From Bacillales bacterium (lineage in GTDB: Bacteria > Bacillota_I > Bacilli_A > RFN20 > CAG-826): a stretch of DNA of 64,000 nt. The translations under genes and the position numbers were made by a program. The stretch lies in assembly GCA_052171195.1 (NCBI GenBank), contig JBQMZB010000001.1, positions 131,323 through 195,322 on the forward strand. Reading direction: 5' to 3'. The notes beneath the pieces were generated by a model. The model saw nothing but the letters and a program-made list of their open reading frames with translations, was not told where the DNA came from and did not search any database. Below are positions 46,386 to 56,526 of this stretch, piece after piece. Position 1 is the first letter of the stretch. Each line of letters opens with the position of its first letter.

Positions 46386-47567
46386 TTATAAATCGATTTC
46401 TAAATCACTTAATGGATATGATTTACATGAATGTATATATCCATATTTTTTATCTGTACTTCTTATTAATACATCTTCAGGAACAAATACATTACCTTTA
46501 AGAAGTTTAGCTCTACATAAAGAACATGAGCCTACTCTGCATACAACATTAATTTTATCATGTAAACCAGCTCTTTCAAATGCCTGAACAATGGTTTCAT
46601 TTGCTCTTGCATCAAATTCAAAATCTTTAAATTTTATCTTGAATATTTCTTTTCCGCTAAATTCTTTTGGATAGTTTTTTTCTAAAGTAACATCTATTGT
46701 TGAACCATATTTTTCAGGAATAATATTTTTATCTTTAACACCTAAGTTTTTAAGTTCATTAATAACAAAATCACTCATAATTTTAGGTCCACTTATAAAA
46801 TAAGTAGGTATATTTATATCATTAATTAAATTGAAAATTAGTTCTTTTGTGATAAATCCTTGATGATATTTCTTATCTGATTCATTTAATGGTTCTGAAA
46901 CTACATAATAACAACGTATATTTTTATATTTAGAAGAAATATAATTTAATTCATCAAAAAACAAAGCATTTTCTAAATTTCTTATTCCATAAATTAAATC
47001 AATTATTCTATTATCATTTTTGTTAATAATTTCTCTAATCATACTAATGAATGGAGTGATACCACTACCTCCAGCAATTAATACAGTGTGCTTGTCTTGA
47101 AATACTGGGCTATAAAAGAATTGGCCAGCAGGACTAGTAATTTTTAGTTCATCTCCTATTTTAAGATTATCAACTATATATTGACTAACAAAGCCGTCTT
47201 TTACTTTTTGAACTGTCACTTCATAATATCCTCTTTCTAATGGACTTGATGATATTGAGTAAGGTCTCGAAGTAGTGATTTTATTATCAATATTAATAAA
47301 CAAATTGATAAATTGTCCAGCTTGAAAAATAGGTAAATCTTTATCATAAACTGGAATAAGTTTATAGGTTTTACAAATTGGTGAACGTTGAATTATATCG
47401 GATACTTTAACAATTATTTTATCTCGATGATATTTATTTACAATTTCATCTACTCTTCCTTTTTGTAAAGTAAAATCATCCCCCATCTTACGAGCGTAAT
47501 ATAATTCTTTTAAAGTTTCTTCACCGTTTCTCATTGAAGAGATTAATGTTTCTTTTAAATCTGCCAT
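46386..47567 (-). CDS. FNR-like FAD/NAD(P)-binding reductase with C-terminal plant-type 2Fe-2S ferredoxin domain
   Basis: 393 aa. RPYSISS (RxYS FAD motif), GGSGITP (NAD(P) fold) and C-terminal CRVGSCSLCRAK...C (C-x4-C-x2-C...C). Confidence 0.65.
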   Translation of the reverse strand: MADLKETLISSMRNGEETLKELYYARKMGDDFTLQKGRVDEIVNKYHRDKIIVKVSDIIQRSPICKTYKLIPVYDKDLPIFQAGQFINLFINIDNKITTSRPYSISSSPLERGYYEVTVQKVKDGFVSQYIVDNLKIGDELKITSPAGQFFYSPVFQDKHTVLIAGGSGITPFISMIREIINKNDNRIIDLIYGIRNLENALFFDELNYISSKYKNIRCYYVVSEPLNESDKKYHQGFITKELIFNLINDINIPTYFISGPKIMSDFVINELKNLGVKDKNIIPEKYGSTIDVTLEKNYPKEFSGKEIFKIKFKDFEFDARANETIVQAFERAGLHDKINVVCRVGSCSLCRAKLLKGNVFVPEDVLIRSTDKKYGYIHSCKSYPLSDLEIDL

Positions 47568-49147
47568 TATTCAATCTCCTTTAAAATTTGTTTTCCGACT
47601 TTATCTCCGTTTAAGTAATTAGGACCAAATCCACATGTATTGACCCATCCACTTGAGAAAGTTAAATTTTTTATAAATGATTTAGTAGGATTGAAGAAAA
47701 CACTTGATTTTAAATCTTGTTCAAATCCATAAATAGCACCACCTGGATGTCCTAAATATCTTTCAAAAGTTAAAGGAGATGCTATATCTAATTTTTCAAT
47801 ATGAGGTCTCAAATTTGGGAATCTCTTTTCTAATCTTATAAGTATTTGATCAGCTAATTCATTTTTCTTTGAATAATATTCTTCAGGAGATAATTTTTCC
47901 CATTCTTCTGCGTACTTTAAACATCCGCATGATACAACTGAACTCCCTTCTGGAGATACACTTGGATCATCAATAGTGTAACAAGTTGCAACAATCGGAT
48001 CTTTACTTCCATCAAGAGTTTTAGACATATTGAAATCATTGTTAGCATCTAATGAATCGTAAATTAAATTAAATGAGTCAGTAAAACCTACTTCTTCTGG
48101 AGTACAATCTAAACCTAAAAACATAATAAATGCGCTTATTCCAACTGTATAACTTCTAAAATAATCAATGCATTCTTCGCTAATATTTTCTTTACCTATT
48201 AAACTATTGTATGTTACATAAGGAGCAATGTTTGAAACTATTTTTTTGGCGTAATATATTTCATCATTTTGATCTATTATTCCTTTTGCTATACCATCCT
48301 CTACGATAATTTTTTTAACCTTATTATTTAAAAATACATCTCCTCCTAGAGTTTTAATTCTTTCAGCCATTGCAGTTGACATTGCTTGAGAACCACCCTT
48401 AACATACCATGGTTTATCTGTTACATAATCATAAGTACATAAAGCTAAAATAAGGAATGGGAATTTTTTAGGAGGCATTCCCATAAAGCACCAGTACGCA
48501 CTCAATATTAATTTAATTTCTTGACATTTAAAAAATTCATCTAATACTTCTTCACATGGCATAACACCATATTTAGCTAATGTCTTATATTTTAAAGGAA
48601 AAACTTTTTTAATTAGTAGTTTTGAAAAACTACCAGGTTCCTTTGTTCTTTTATTATTTTCTCCTGCTTTTTTAAAATCATTAATTTCTTTAGCAAATTG
48701 CCAAATCATGTCATAATATGCATCAATTTTTGTTTCATTAGGGAATATTTTCTTAAGCAATTTAGCTGCTTCGTATCTATCTGTAGGAAGTGTAACAGTT
48801 CCTATTTTATTATCTAGAGGTAATTTAATGCTATATAAAGAATGAATTCTAATAAAATCAATTTCATCTTCAATACCATATTCTCTAAATAACTTTCTTA
48901 CTGGACCAGGATTTTCTTTTGGTCCCATTCCATTTAACTGGTGAAGAGCTACTTCAAATTCATATTTGCCTCTTCTGAAAGTAGTTCCACATCCGCCAGG
49001 AATATTATGCTTTTCAAAAATTGCAACTTTTTTCCCAGCATTTTGACACGTTAAAGCGGTTGCTAGTCCGCCATTACCAGCACCAATTACAATTACATCA
49101 TACTCTTTGGCCATAAACCTCTCCTTTAATAAATTTATATAAGTCAT
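47567..49147 (-). CDS. FAD-dependent oxidoreductase of the phytoene-desaturase/amine-oxidase (CrtI-like) superfamily
   Basis: 526 aa. N-terminal dinucleotide fold YDVIVIGAGNGGLATA...IFEKHNIPGG. GGAGAGG RBS. Its stop overlaps the reductase ATG (ATGA). Confidence 0.65.
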   Translation of the reverse strand: MTYINLLKERFMAKEYDVIVIGAGNGGLATALTCQNAGKKVAIFEKHNIPGGCGTTFRRGKYEFEVALHQLNGMGPKENPGPVRKLFREYGIEDEIDFIRIHSLYSIKLPLDNKIGTVTLPTDRYEAAKLLKKIFPNETKIDAYYDMIWQFAKEINDFKKAGENNKRTKEPGSFSKLLIKKVFPLKYKTLAKYGVMPCEEVLDEFFKCQEIKLILSAYWCFMGMPPKKFPFLILALCTYDYVTDKPWYVKGGSQAMSTAMAERIKTLGGDVFLNNKVKKIIVEDGIAKGIIDQNDEIYYAKKIVSNIAPYVTYNSLIGKENISEECIDYFRSYTVGISAFIMFLGLDCTPEEVGFTDSFNLIYDSLDANNDFNMSKTLDGSKDPIVATCYTIDDPSVSPEGSSVVSCGCLKYAEEWEKLSPEEYYSKKNELADQILIRLEKRFPNLRPHIEKLDIASPLTFERYLGHPGGAIYGFEQDLKSSVFFNPTKSFIKNLTFSSGWVNTCGFGPNYLNGDKVGKQILKEIE

Positions 49148-49286
49148 AATAATGACATAAAGAGTTAGTTATGTGCATAAATTTTTAAATATTATAGTTA
49201 ATTTTGTTAGTTATCGTGTTAAAAACTATATGCTAAATATATTATAATATAAAATATTTTGTTAAAGAAAGAGGTAAATAATAAAT

Positions 49287-50165
49287 TTAATTATTTTTGA
49301 AAAAATTGACTACATCATTATAAACTTTTATGTTGTTAGACTCATTAATAATCTCATGTTTCATTTTTTTATAAATTTTAATTTGAACTTTCATTTTATT
49401 TTTATTATAAAAATTATTAAGTTTTAATAGTCCTTTTGCGTTATTACTTACTAAATCATTATCTCCACCAATTATTAAAATAGGATGTTTTGAATTTAAG
49501 TTTTTCATATTTTTAAATCTACGTAAACTATATAATCCTTTAAATAATTCATAATAAAAACCATTGTTACATTTATATCCGCAAAGCGGATCTTTGCTAT
49601 ATCTTTCAACATTCTCTTTATTATAAGATAACCAATCATTTTTATTGATTAATCCTTTTTCATACTGGCCTATTGATAATTTATGTAATATATTAGCTTC
49701 CTTATTATAATTATTTTTATTAACAATTATTTTTGAAAATATTCTAGATATAAAGCCGATATAATTAGAAATATAGTTAGTTGCACATAACACATATTTA
49801 TCAATATTATTATATGTTGAGATATATTTTTGTGTTATAAAACTACCCATACTATGAGAAAAAATGTATACTGGTTTTTTATAATATTTTTTTAAATAAA
49901 TAGCGAGTTCATCGATAGTATCAACAAATTTATTAAACGAATTATTAGTTCCATTACCTAAATTTCCATTTTTACCTTGGTTATAATAATCAATAGAAAA
50001 TATTGAGAAATTAAATGTATATAAAAACTTAGCAAATTGTTCGTACCTATTGACGTATTCACACATACCGCTAATAATAATTATACAAGCTTCTGAGTTT
50101 TTGTTTATTAATGAAAATCCATTAAAAGTTTCATTATATTTGTTTATAAATTTAAAGTTGTTCAT
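49287..50165 (-). CDS. Alpha/beta hydrolase (lysophospholipase/monoacylglycerol lipase-like)
   Basis: 292 aa. Nucleophile elbow FSHSMGS (GxSxG) and C-terminal GGDNDLV/H catalytic region. Confidence 0.6.
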   Translation of the reverse strand: MNNFKFINKYNETFNGFSLINKNSEACIIIISGMCEYVNRYEQFAKFLYTFNFSIFSIDYYNQGKNGNLGNGTNNSFNKFVDTIDELAIYLKKYYKKPVYIFSHSMGSFITQKYISTYNNIDKYVLCATNYISNYIGFISRIFSKIIVNKNNYNKEANILHKLSIGQYEKGLINKNDWLSYNKENVERYSKDPLCGYKCNNGFYYELFKGLYSLRRFKNMKNLNSKHPILIIGGDNDLVSNNAKGLLKLNNFYNKNKMKVQIKIYKKMKHEIINESNNIKVYNDVVNFFKNN

Positions 50166-50188
50166 AGATTTTAAAATTTATTATAAAT

Positions 50189-50264
50189 TGGCTGAGGCGG
50201 CTGGATTCGAACCAGCGTATAAAGGTTTCAGAGACCTTTGACTTTACCACTTGTCAACGCCTCA
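50189..50264 (-). tRNA. tRNA-Gln (anticodon CUG), CCA encoded
   Basis: Cloverleaf on the minus strand: acceptor UGAGGCG/CGCCUCA with U1-A72 (bacterial tRNA-Gln hallmark), anticodon stem AAGGT/ACCTT, loop CTCTGAA (anticodon CTG), T-stem GCTGG/CCAGC, TTCGAAT loop, discriminator G, CCA. Confidence 0.8.
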
Positions 50265-50271
50265 TTATAAT

Positions 50272-51279
50272 TTATTTATTAAAATTATTTTTGGAATAAT
50301 TATAACTATCTCTGCAAGCGTCTTCTATAGAATAAATACATTTAAATCCTAATTCTTTTTTGGCTTTATCGCAATTAGCAAAATTCATTGGAATATCGCC
50401 TTCTCTACGTTCAGTTAGTATGTATGGAATATGAATATTCGTAGCTTTTTCATAAGCTTTAATCATTTCAAGTACACTTGTTCCTTTACCAGTTCCTAAA
50501 TTATAAATAACTAAACCAGGATTTGTTAGTAATTTATTGACGGCTAAATAGTGTCCATTTGCTAAATCCATAACATGTATATAGTCTCTAACTCCGGTCC
50601 CATCAATTGTGTCATAGTCATGACCAGTAACTTTTACATATGGAAGTTCTTTTGTTGCTACTTTTGCAATATACGGTAATAGATTATTAGGTATTCCATT
50701 TGGATCTTCACCTAATAATCCACTATTATGTGCTCCTATAGGATTAAAGTATCTTAACAATGCTATATTAAATTTAGGATTAACTTTACTAAAGTCTGTT
50801 AGTAATCTCTCATTCATTACTTTGCTTTCACCATAAGGTGAAGTTGCGGATTTAACTTCATGATTTTCATAAATAGGTACTGAAGATGGTAGTCCATATA
50901 CTGTACTAGAAGATGAAAAAACTAAATTATAACAACCAAATTCTCTCATACATTCAAGCAAAGAGAAAGTTGTGGATAAATTATTTTTATAATATTCTAA
51001 TGGTTTTTGAACAGACTCTGCTACAGCTTTATACCCAGCAAAATGAATTACAGCGTAAGGTTTTTCTTTTTCAAATATTTTTTTTAATTCTTCTAAATCG
51101 CTAACATCAACATTATAAAAAATTGGTCTTTTATTAGTTATCTTTTCAATTTTATCTAATACAGATAATTTTGAATTATATAAATTATCTACAATTACAA
51201 CATCCAGATTATGTTCAATTAAATTTACAGCGGTAATCGAACCAATAAATCCTAACCCTCCAGTTACTAAAATTTTCAT
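50272..51279 (-). CDS. galE: UDP-glucose 4-epimerase
   Basis: 335 aa. N-terminal Rossmann motif MKILVTGGLGFIGS, the YxxxK catalytic motif, and GalE-length SDR. Confidence 0.85.
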   Translation of the reverse strand: MKILVTGGLGFIGSITAVNLIEHNLDVVIVDNLYNSKLSVLDKIEKITNKRPIFYNVDVSDLEELKKIFEKEKPYAVIHFAGYKAVAESVQKPLEYYKNNLSTTFSLLECMREFGCYNLVFSSSSTVYGLPSSVPIYENHEVKSATSPYGESKVMNERLLTDFSKVNPKFNIALLRYFNPIGAHNSGLLGEDPNGIPNNLLPYIAKVATKELPYVKVTGHDYDTIDGTGVRDYIHVMDLANGHYLAVNKLLTNPGLVIYNLGTGKGTSVLEMIKAYEKATNIHIPYILTERREGDIPMNFANCDKAKKELGFKCIYSIEDACRDSYNYSKNNFNK

Positions 51280-51281
51280 AA

Positions 51282-51953
51282 TTACTTTCCTTTCCTCTTG
51301 TTAATTGATCTAATTTCTTTTGCGGTTTTACTATCCTTTTTATTAGATAATATTATCTCTTTTTTTGTTTCCTTAGACGTTTTATTTTTCTTATCATTTT
51401 TATTAATATCAATAATTAATGAATCGGCTAGACGTTTTGCATTAGCAGCAAGGATATATAAATCTAACGCTTTAATAGTTTTATTAATATTTATATCTTT
51501 ATCATCACTACTTTGTTGGATAAAATCATTTTGGTTATCTAAAAAATTATCAGTAATATTTCTCAAACTATCATTATATTTTTCTTTGAAGTATTTATAA
51601 CTTTTGCTTGGGTCAGTGAAATATTTTTTATCTATATCAATCAATGTAGCAATATCTCTCATTGGAATTACAGATTTTAATAACGAAATCGAATATAAAT
51701 AAGCAAGATGTTCGTTATCATATTTTTTTTCTTTAGGTGGATTTAAAACTTTTGCCTTAACATAATTATTTACCATAAAAGATGTAATAATTTCTTTATC
51801 GGTATAAGAATATATTGGATATAAAGTCTCATTAATATAAGAAATAACTTGTTCCATATATAAAGAAATAGGTGGGAAATCTTCATATTCAGGTAAATTA
51901 TATTTATTAAGATTCTTAAGATATTCAATAAAAGTTATTTCTTTTTTTTCCAT
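51282..51953 (-). CDS. Hypothetical protein (DUF1836-like N-terminal region, Lys-rich tail)
   Basis: 223 aa. N-terminal ..LPEYEDFPPISLYMEQVISYINETL.. resembles Firmicutes DUF1836 proteins. Recognition is by eye only. Confidence 0.3.
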   Translation of the reverse strand: MEKKEITFIEYLKNLNKYNLPEYEDFPPISLYMEQVISYINETLYPIYSYTDKEIITSFMVNNYVKAKVLNPPKEKKYDNEHLAYLYSISLLKSVIPMRDIATLIDIDKKYFTDPSKSYKYFKEKYNDSLRNITDNFLDNQNDFIQQSSDDKDININKTIKALDLYILAANAKRLADSLIIDINKNDKKNKTSKETKKEIILSNKKDSKTAKEIRSINKRKGK

Positions 51954-52129
51954 AATATTATTTTATATTATTAATAATTTTATATAAATGAAAAGTTAAA
52001 TTTTAATACTTATTATTGTATATTTTAATAAAATATATCTAACATATTTATTATATATATAAATTTTGTTGTAATTTTAAGACCAATAGTATAAAAATAA
52101 TTTATATACTTTTAACAGGAGGGCTAAAT

Positions 52130-52711
52130 ATGAAAGAAATTGTATTAAATAAAGATGAAATTCATGAAATATGCGTTGATTTAGGTCGTAAATTAGAAGA
52201 AAAATTCAAAGATTCCAAAACTATTCCAGTTTTTGTCGGCGTTTTAAAAGGAGCTACTCCTTTCTTTATGGATTTAATAAGAGAAATTCATATTCCTCTT
52301 GCATTAGACTTTATTCAAGTTACAAGTTTTAGTGGAACTTCTTCTACTGGAGTTATTCATTTAAAAAAAGATTTATCTGAAGATGTGACTAATAGAGATT
52401 TAGTTATTGTCGAAGATATTGTTGATTCTGGTTTAACTCTTAACTATGTTAAACAATATCTTGAAAAAAATCACAAACCAAGATCAATCACCGTTGTTTG
52501 TTTATTTGATAAAAAACCTATGAGAAAAATAGAATTTGAAGCTGACTATGTTGGTGTTACTTTAAAAGAAAATAAATTCTTATGTGGGTACGGATTTGAT
52601 TATTATGAGATTTTAAGAAATATCGACTTCGTTTTTGTCCCTGATGAAGAAGATTTAAAAAAATATGACGATATTATAAAAAATTCTAACTTAAATTCCA
52701 GAGTTGATTAA
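52130..52711 (+). CDS. hpt: Hypoxanthine-guanine phosphoribosyltransferase
   Basis: 193 aa. Colinear with B. subtilis HprT as recalled from memory: ..FVGVLKGATPFFMDLIREI.., PRPP motif VIVEDIVDSGLTL, ..GYGFDYYEILRN... AGGAGGG RBS. Confidence 0.85.
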   Translation: MKEIVLNKDEIHEICVDLGRKLEEKFKDSKTIPVFVGVLKGATPFFMDLIREIHIPLALDFIQVTSFSGTSSTGVIHLKKDLSEDVTNRDLVIVEDIVDSGLTLNYVKQYLEKNHKPRSITVVCLFDKKPMRKIEFEADYVGVTLKENKFLCGYGFDYYEILRNIDFVFVPDEEDLKKYDDIIKNSNLNSRVD

Positions 52712-54088
52712 TATACTTTTACAAATATGGTAAGCAGCTTGCTTGCCATTTTTAATTGCTCTAGCTACTGTTTTTTCACCTTTAATTAAATCACCACCTA
52801 CGAATATTTTAGGATTCGATGTTTGCAATGTTTCTTCATTAATAAAATAATTAAAACCATCATTATTTAATTCATCTGCAAATAATAATTTATTATAATT
52901 CCCTATGGCAAAAATTATAATATCAGTATCAATTATATAATTAGAACCTTCTATTTCATAAGGTTTAGGTCTTGAAGAAGAATCTATATTTTTTAATTCC
53001 ATATCAACACATTCTAAGGCATAAAGTTTGTTATATTTAACAAGTATTTTTTTAGGATTAGTTAGAAATTTAAATAATATATCTTCTTTTAAAGCTTGAT
53101 TATATTCATCTTCCCTACATGGCATTTCTTTTTCACTTCTTCTATAAATATTAATGATTTCACTATTAGTAATTCTTCTTAAAACTCTATCAACATCAAT
53201 AGCAACATTACCACCGCCAACAACAATAATTCTTTTTGCTTCCTTGAAAAAATCAAGCCGTTTGTTGTAAATATAATTTTCCATATTATAATTAATTAAT
53301 TTTAAGAAATCATCAGCGTAAAAAACATTTTCGCTATCTTCATTTTCTATATTCATTTTGTTATGAATAGAAGAACCTGTTGCTATATATATGGCTTTGT
53401 AATTGTTAGTTGTAATAAAATCATTGATATTCTTAATAAGTTCAACATCATAATTACATATAAAATTAACACCTAGATTTTTTAATTTATTAATATAATT
53501 ATTAATTATATTTTTAGGTAATACAAAATTAGGTATTCCATATTTGAGAATACCACCAGGATATGACTCTTTTTCATAAACATCTACTTGAAAGCCGGCT
53601 AAAAATAAATCTTCTGCACAGACTAAACCACTTGGTCCTGATCCAAAAATTGCAATCCTATTACCGTTTCTATTGATATTTATAGTTTTTTCAGGATAGT
53701 TAGAATTATAATAATCAAAAATAAATCTCTCTAACCTTGATATTGAAACACTTTCACTTTTATTTTTAATATTTCTAACACATTTTAATTCACATTGCTT
53801 TTGATGATTACAAACTCTACCTGTAATCATTCCTAAATTATTTGTGTTTCTAGCAACATCATATGCTTCCAAAAATTTTTTATTCGATATTAAGAAGTTC
53901 ATTAATGGAATATTGTTTTGTAAAGGACAACCATTAATACAAGGGCTATTTTTACAATTTAAACATCTTGAGGCTTCTAAAACAGCTTCTTCTTCACTAT
54001 AAGTTTCTTCGACTTCATTAAAATTAGATATACTTTTAGATAAAGGTATACTTTTTGGAACACATTGTTTAGTTGATAAATTTTTCAT
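52691..54088 (-). CDS. GltD-family NAD(P)H-dependent Fe-S flavoprotein oxidoreductase (glutamate synthase small-subunit-like)
   Basis: 465 aa. N-terminal Cys cluster region ASRCLNCKNSPCINGCP, FAD/NAD folds IAIFGSGPSGL and IIVVGGGNVAID. Confidence 0.7.
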   Translation of the reverse strand: MKNLSTKQCVPKSIPLSKSISNFNEVEETYSEEEAVLEASRCLNCKNSPCINGCPLQNNIPLMNFLISNKKFLEAYDVARNTNNLGMITGRVCNHQKQCELKCVRNIKNKSESVSISRLERFIFDYYNSNYPEKTININRNGNRIAIFGSGPSGLVCAEDLFLAGFQVDVYEKESYPGGILKYGIPNFVLPKNIINNYINKLKNLGVNFICNYDVELIKNINDFITTNNYKAIYIATGSSIHNKMNIENEDSENVFYADDFLKLINYNMENYIYNKRLDFFKEAKRIIVVGGGNVAIDVDRVLRRITNSEIINIYRRSEKEMPCREDEYNQALKEDILFKFLTNPKKILVKYNKLYALECVDMELKNIDSSSRPKPYEIEGSNYIIDTDIIIFAIGNYNKLLFADELNNDGFNYFINEETLQTSNPKIFVGGDLIKGEKTVARAIKNGKQAAYHICKSILINSGI

Positions 54089-54095
54089 TTTAAAA

Positions 54096-54992
54096 CTAGA
54101 AGATTAAACCTAAAGATTTATAACCGTATTTAAATAGAATAGAATTAATTTTAAATATATCGTAAATATTATTTTCAACAAAATATAAAACGATAAGGTC
54201 AGATACAACAGAAGATTCGATTGTGTAACCTTTTGAATTCATTAAATCATTAATTTCATTTAAATTTAATTTTAAAGCAATACCCAAAGCAAAAATTGTG
54301 TTTTTTGATACTTCACCTTCATGGTAAATATTATTATTAATATAGTCTATTTTTAAATTGGACAAATGTGACAAAGTATTGATATCAATATTAGCTCTTC
54401 CGATAAATCTTTTGATTAAAACATCAAAACTTTCTTTGTTTTGTGATAATTCAAAAGTTTTTGCCTGATTTTCAATAATAAATTTTGTTAAATCTAATTG
54501 TTCTTCTTCTGATAATAATTCAGGAAAATTTTTATATATAACTAAATAAATTGATAAATCTGGATGTTCTTTTAAAAAATCTTTAAAAACAGAAATAGCA
54601 ACATCAAAACAGTCATTCAGAGGATAATTAAACTCCCCACTTAATAAAGGAAAAGCGATTGAGTTATAACCTCTTTCAATAGCCATATTTAAACATTTAT
54701 AATAAACTTTTCTCAACAAATTCTCTTCATCGTGTTTACCATTTACATATATTGGAGCAACAGCGTGAAAAAGTTCCTTAGTGTTAGTCATGTTAAAAGA
54801 TGGGGACGAAACGACATCTCCTGGTTTACAAAATCCGATTTTTTTACAGTAATTAGATAATTCTACATCTCCAGCTTTATGAAAAATTGCACGCCCAACG
54901 CCTTCTACCATACTTAATTTAACATTGCTTGCGTTAACAATACAGTCTACATTTTTAGATACTAAGTCTCCCTTTTCTACAAATAATGGCAT
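54096..54992 (-). CDS. Macro-domain protein (ADP-ribose/O-acetyl-ADP-ribose processing) with an uncharacterised C-terminal domain
   Basis: 298 aa. The N-terminal ~170 aa form a MacroD-type fold: CIVNASN, GVGRAIFHKAG (GxGxxxAI) and ..SIAFPLLSGEF... The C-terminal ~120 aa show no recognisable similarity. Confidence 0.7.
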   Translation of the reverse strand: MPLFVEKGDLVSKNVDCIVNASNVKLSMVEGVGRAIFHKAGDVELSNYCKKIGFCKPGDVVSSPSFNMTNTKELFHAVAPIYVNGKHDEENLLRKVYYKCLNMAIERGYNSIAFPLLSGEFNYPLNDCFDVAISVFKDFLKEHPDLSIYLVIYKNFPELLSEEEQLDLTKFIIENQAKTFELSQNKESFDVLIKRFIGRANIDINTLSHLSNLKIDYINNNIYHEGEVSKNTIFALGIALKLNLNEINDLMNSKGYTIESSVVSDLIVLYFVENNIYDIFKINSILFKYGYKSLGLIF

Positions 54993-55077
54993 ATTTTTAC
55001 CCCTCTCGCTATAATTATACTAAAAAATATATGTAAGATTCAAACAGATATATAATAAAGATGATATTAACAATAAT

Positions 55078-56496
55078 TTATATATTAGCAGAAATATATC
55101 TTTGATAATTATCATCCATTCTTTTATTATATTTATTTTTTAATGATAGATATAAAATAATTTCTCCAATACAGGCTATTATCCAACTTAAGGGATAACA
55201 TGAATATAATAACTTAAGACTATGTCTTGAACTTTCAATATTATCACTATAAACACAAATATCCCAAAATAATCTAAAAACACAACATGCACCAATCGTT
55301 ATTATTAAAGGCGAAATAGAATAACCTAAGCCTCTCAAAATTCCACATAATACATTCATAATTCCACAGAAATAATACGTAGACAAAATAATTAACATTC
55401 TTTCATACGCTAATTTTTTAATAGTTTCATCAACATTATTACCAATATATAAATCAAGTAATTGCTCTTTAAAAATTAAAGTTATAGATCCAAAAATCAA
55501 TGAAATAAACACACATAAGATAATACATGTATAGAATATAGTTTTAATATTTTTCTTATATCCTCTTCCATAATTTGCGCTTGTAAAAGCAGTTGCAGTT
55601 GAACTTACTGCATACATTGCAACAAATGTGAAACTTTCAATTGATGAAGCATCACTGTTAGCAGCTACAACTTTTGGTCCCCATGTATTTACAGATGATT
55701 GTAATAAAACGTTACTAATTGAAAAAATAATTCCTTCTAAGCCACTAGGTATACCGATTTTAAGAATTTGTTTTAAACTATCTTGATATAATCTTACTTC
55801 ACTTATTTTTAGATTAACAAAGGAATTTGATTTAATTAAAAATATTACAATTAATAAAGCACTAATAAACTCAGAAATAACTGTAGCAAAGGCAACACCT
55901 TTAACACCTAAATTATATACATTAACAAAAACAAGATTTAAAATAACATTTATTGAACCAGAAATCATTAAAATAATGAGAGGGGTTTTGCTATTTCCCA
56001 TGCCTCTTAAAATTGCAGTAGAGAAATTATAAACTGATAAAAAAGGTAATCCTAAAAAATATATGATTAAGTAAGTATTAGTTAACTCAATATATGATTG
56101 ATCAACACGGATTAATTCGAGAAATAATCTAGATAAAGTAATACCAAATATTCCTACAAAAACTCCACCAATCAAAGATAGTGCAATTGAAGTATGTAAA
56201 GTTTTATCACAATTAGATTTATCATTTCTTCCATAATATCTTGCCATTACTACATTAACACCGTTACTTAAACCTAAAAATCCAGATGTTATTAAAGCAA
56301 TGAGACTGCCGTTTGCGCCAACAGCTGCAGCAGAAATAGGTCCATCATGATTTTGTATAATAATTAAATCAAAAGCATTATAAAGTATTTGAAATAGTCC
56401 TATAAAAATAATAGGCAAAGTAAAACGAATCATTTTAATAATGATTTCTTTTTTACTTCCTTTTACTAAATCCATTGAACTATTTTTAAATAACAT
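55078..56496 (-). CDS. MATE-family multidrug/oligosaccharide efflux transporter
   Basis: 472 aa. 12 TM segments in two 6-TM repeats, a pattern typical of MATE (NorM/DinF-like) transporters. Confidence 0.75.
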   Translation of the reverse strand: MLFKNSSMDLVKGSKKEIIIKMIRFTLPIIFIGLFQILYNAFDLIIIQNHDGPISAAAVGANGSLIALITSGFLGLSNGVNVVMARYYGRNDKSNCDKTLHTSIALSLIGGVFVGIFGITLSRLFLELIRVDQSYIELTNTYLIIYFLGLPFLSVYNFSTAILRGMGNSKTPLIILMISGSINVILNLVFVNVYNLGVKGVAFATVISEFISALLIVIFLIKSNSFVNLKISEVRLYQDSLKQILKIGIPSGLEGIIFSISNVLLQSSVNTWGPKVVAANSDASSIESFTFVAMYAVSSTATAFTSANYGRGYKKNIKTIFYTCIILCVFISLIFGSITLIFKEQLLDLYIGNNVDETIKKLAYERMLIILSTYYFCGIMNVLCGILRGLGYSISPLIITIGACCVFRLFWDICVYSDNIESSRHSLKLLYSCYPLSWIIACIGEIILYLSLKNKYNKRMDDNYQRYISANI

Positions 56497-56526
56497 AATT
56501 ATTTCTCTATAAATAAATTAAACAAT

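Noticed and set aside
50050-50241. Plus-strand ORF 50050..50241 (63 aa)
   Set aside because: It overlaps the minus-strand hydrolase start and the tRNA-Gln gene. It has no SD. It is an artefact of the AT-poor tRNA sequence.
51954-52129. Purine riboswitch upstream of hpt
   Set aside because: The 176-nt leader lacks the conserved purine-riboswitch junction and loop sequences and any G/C-containing helices. It is plain AT-rich promoter DNA with an AGGAGGG SD.
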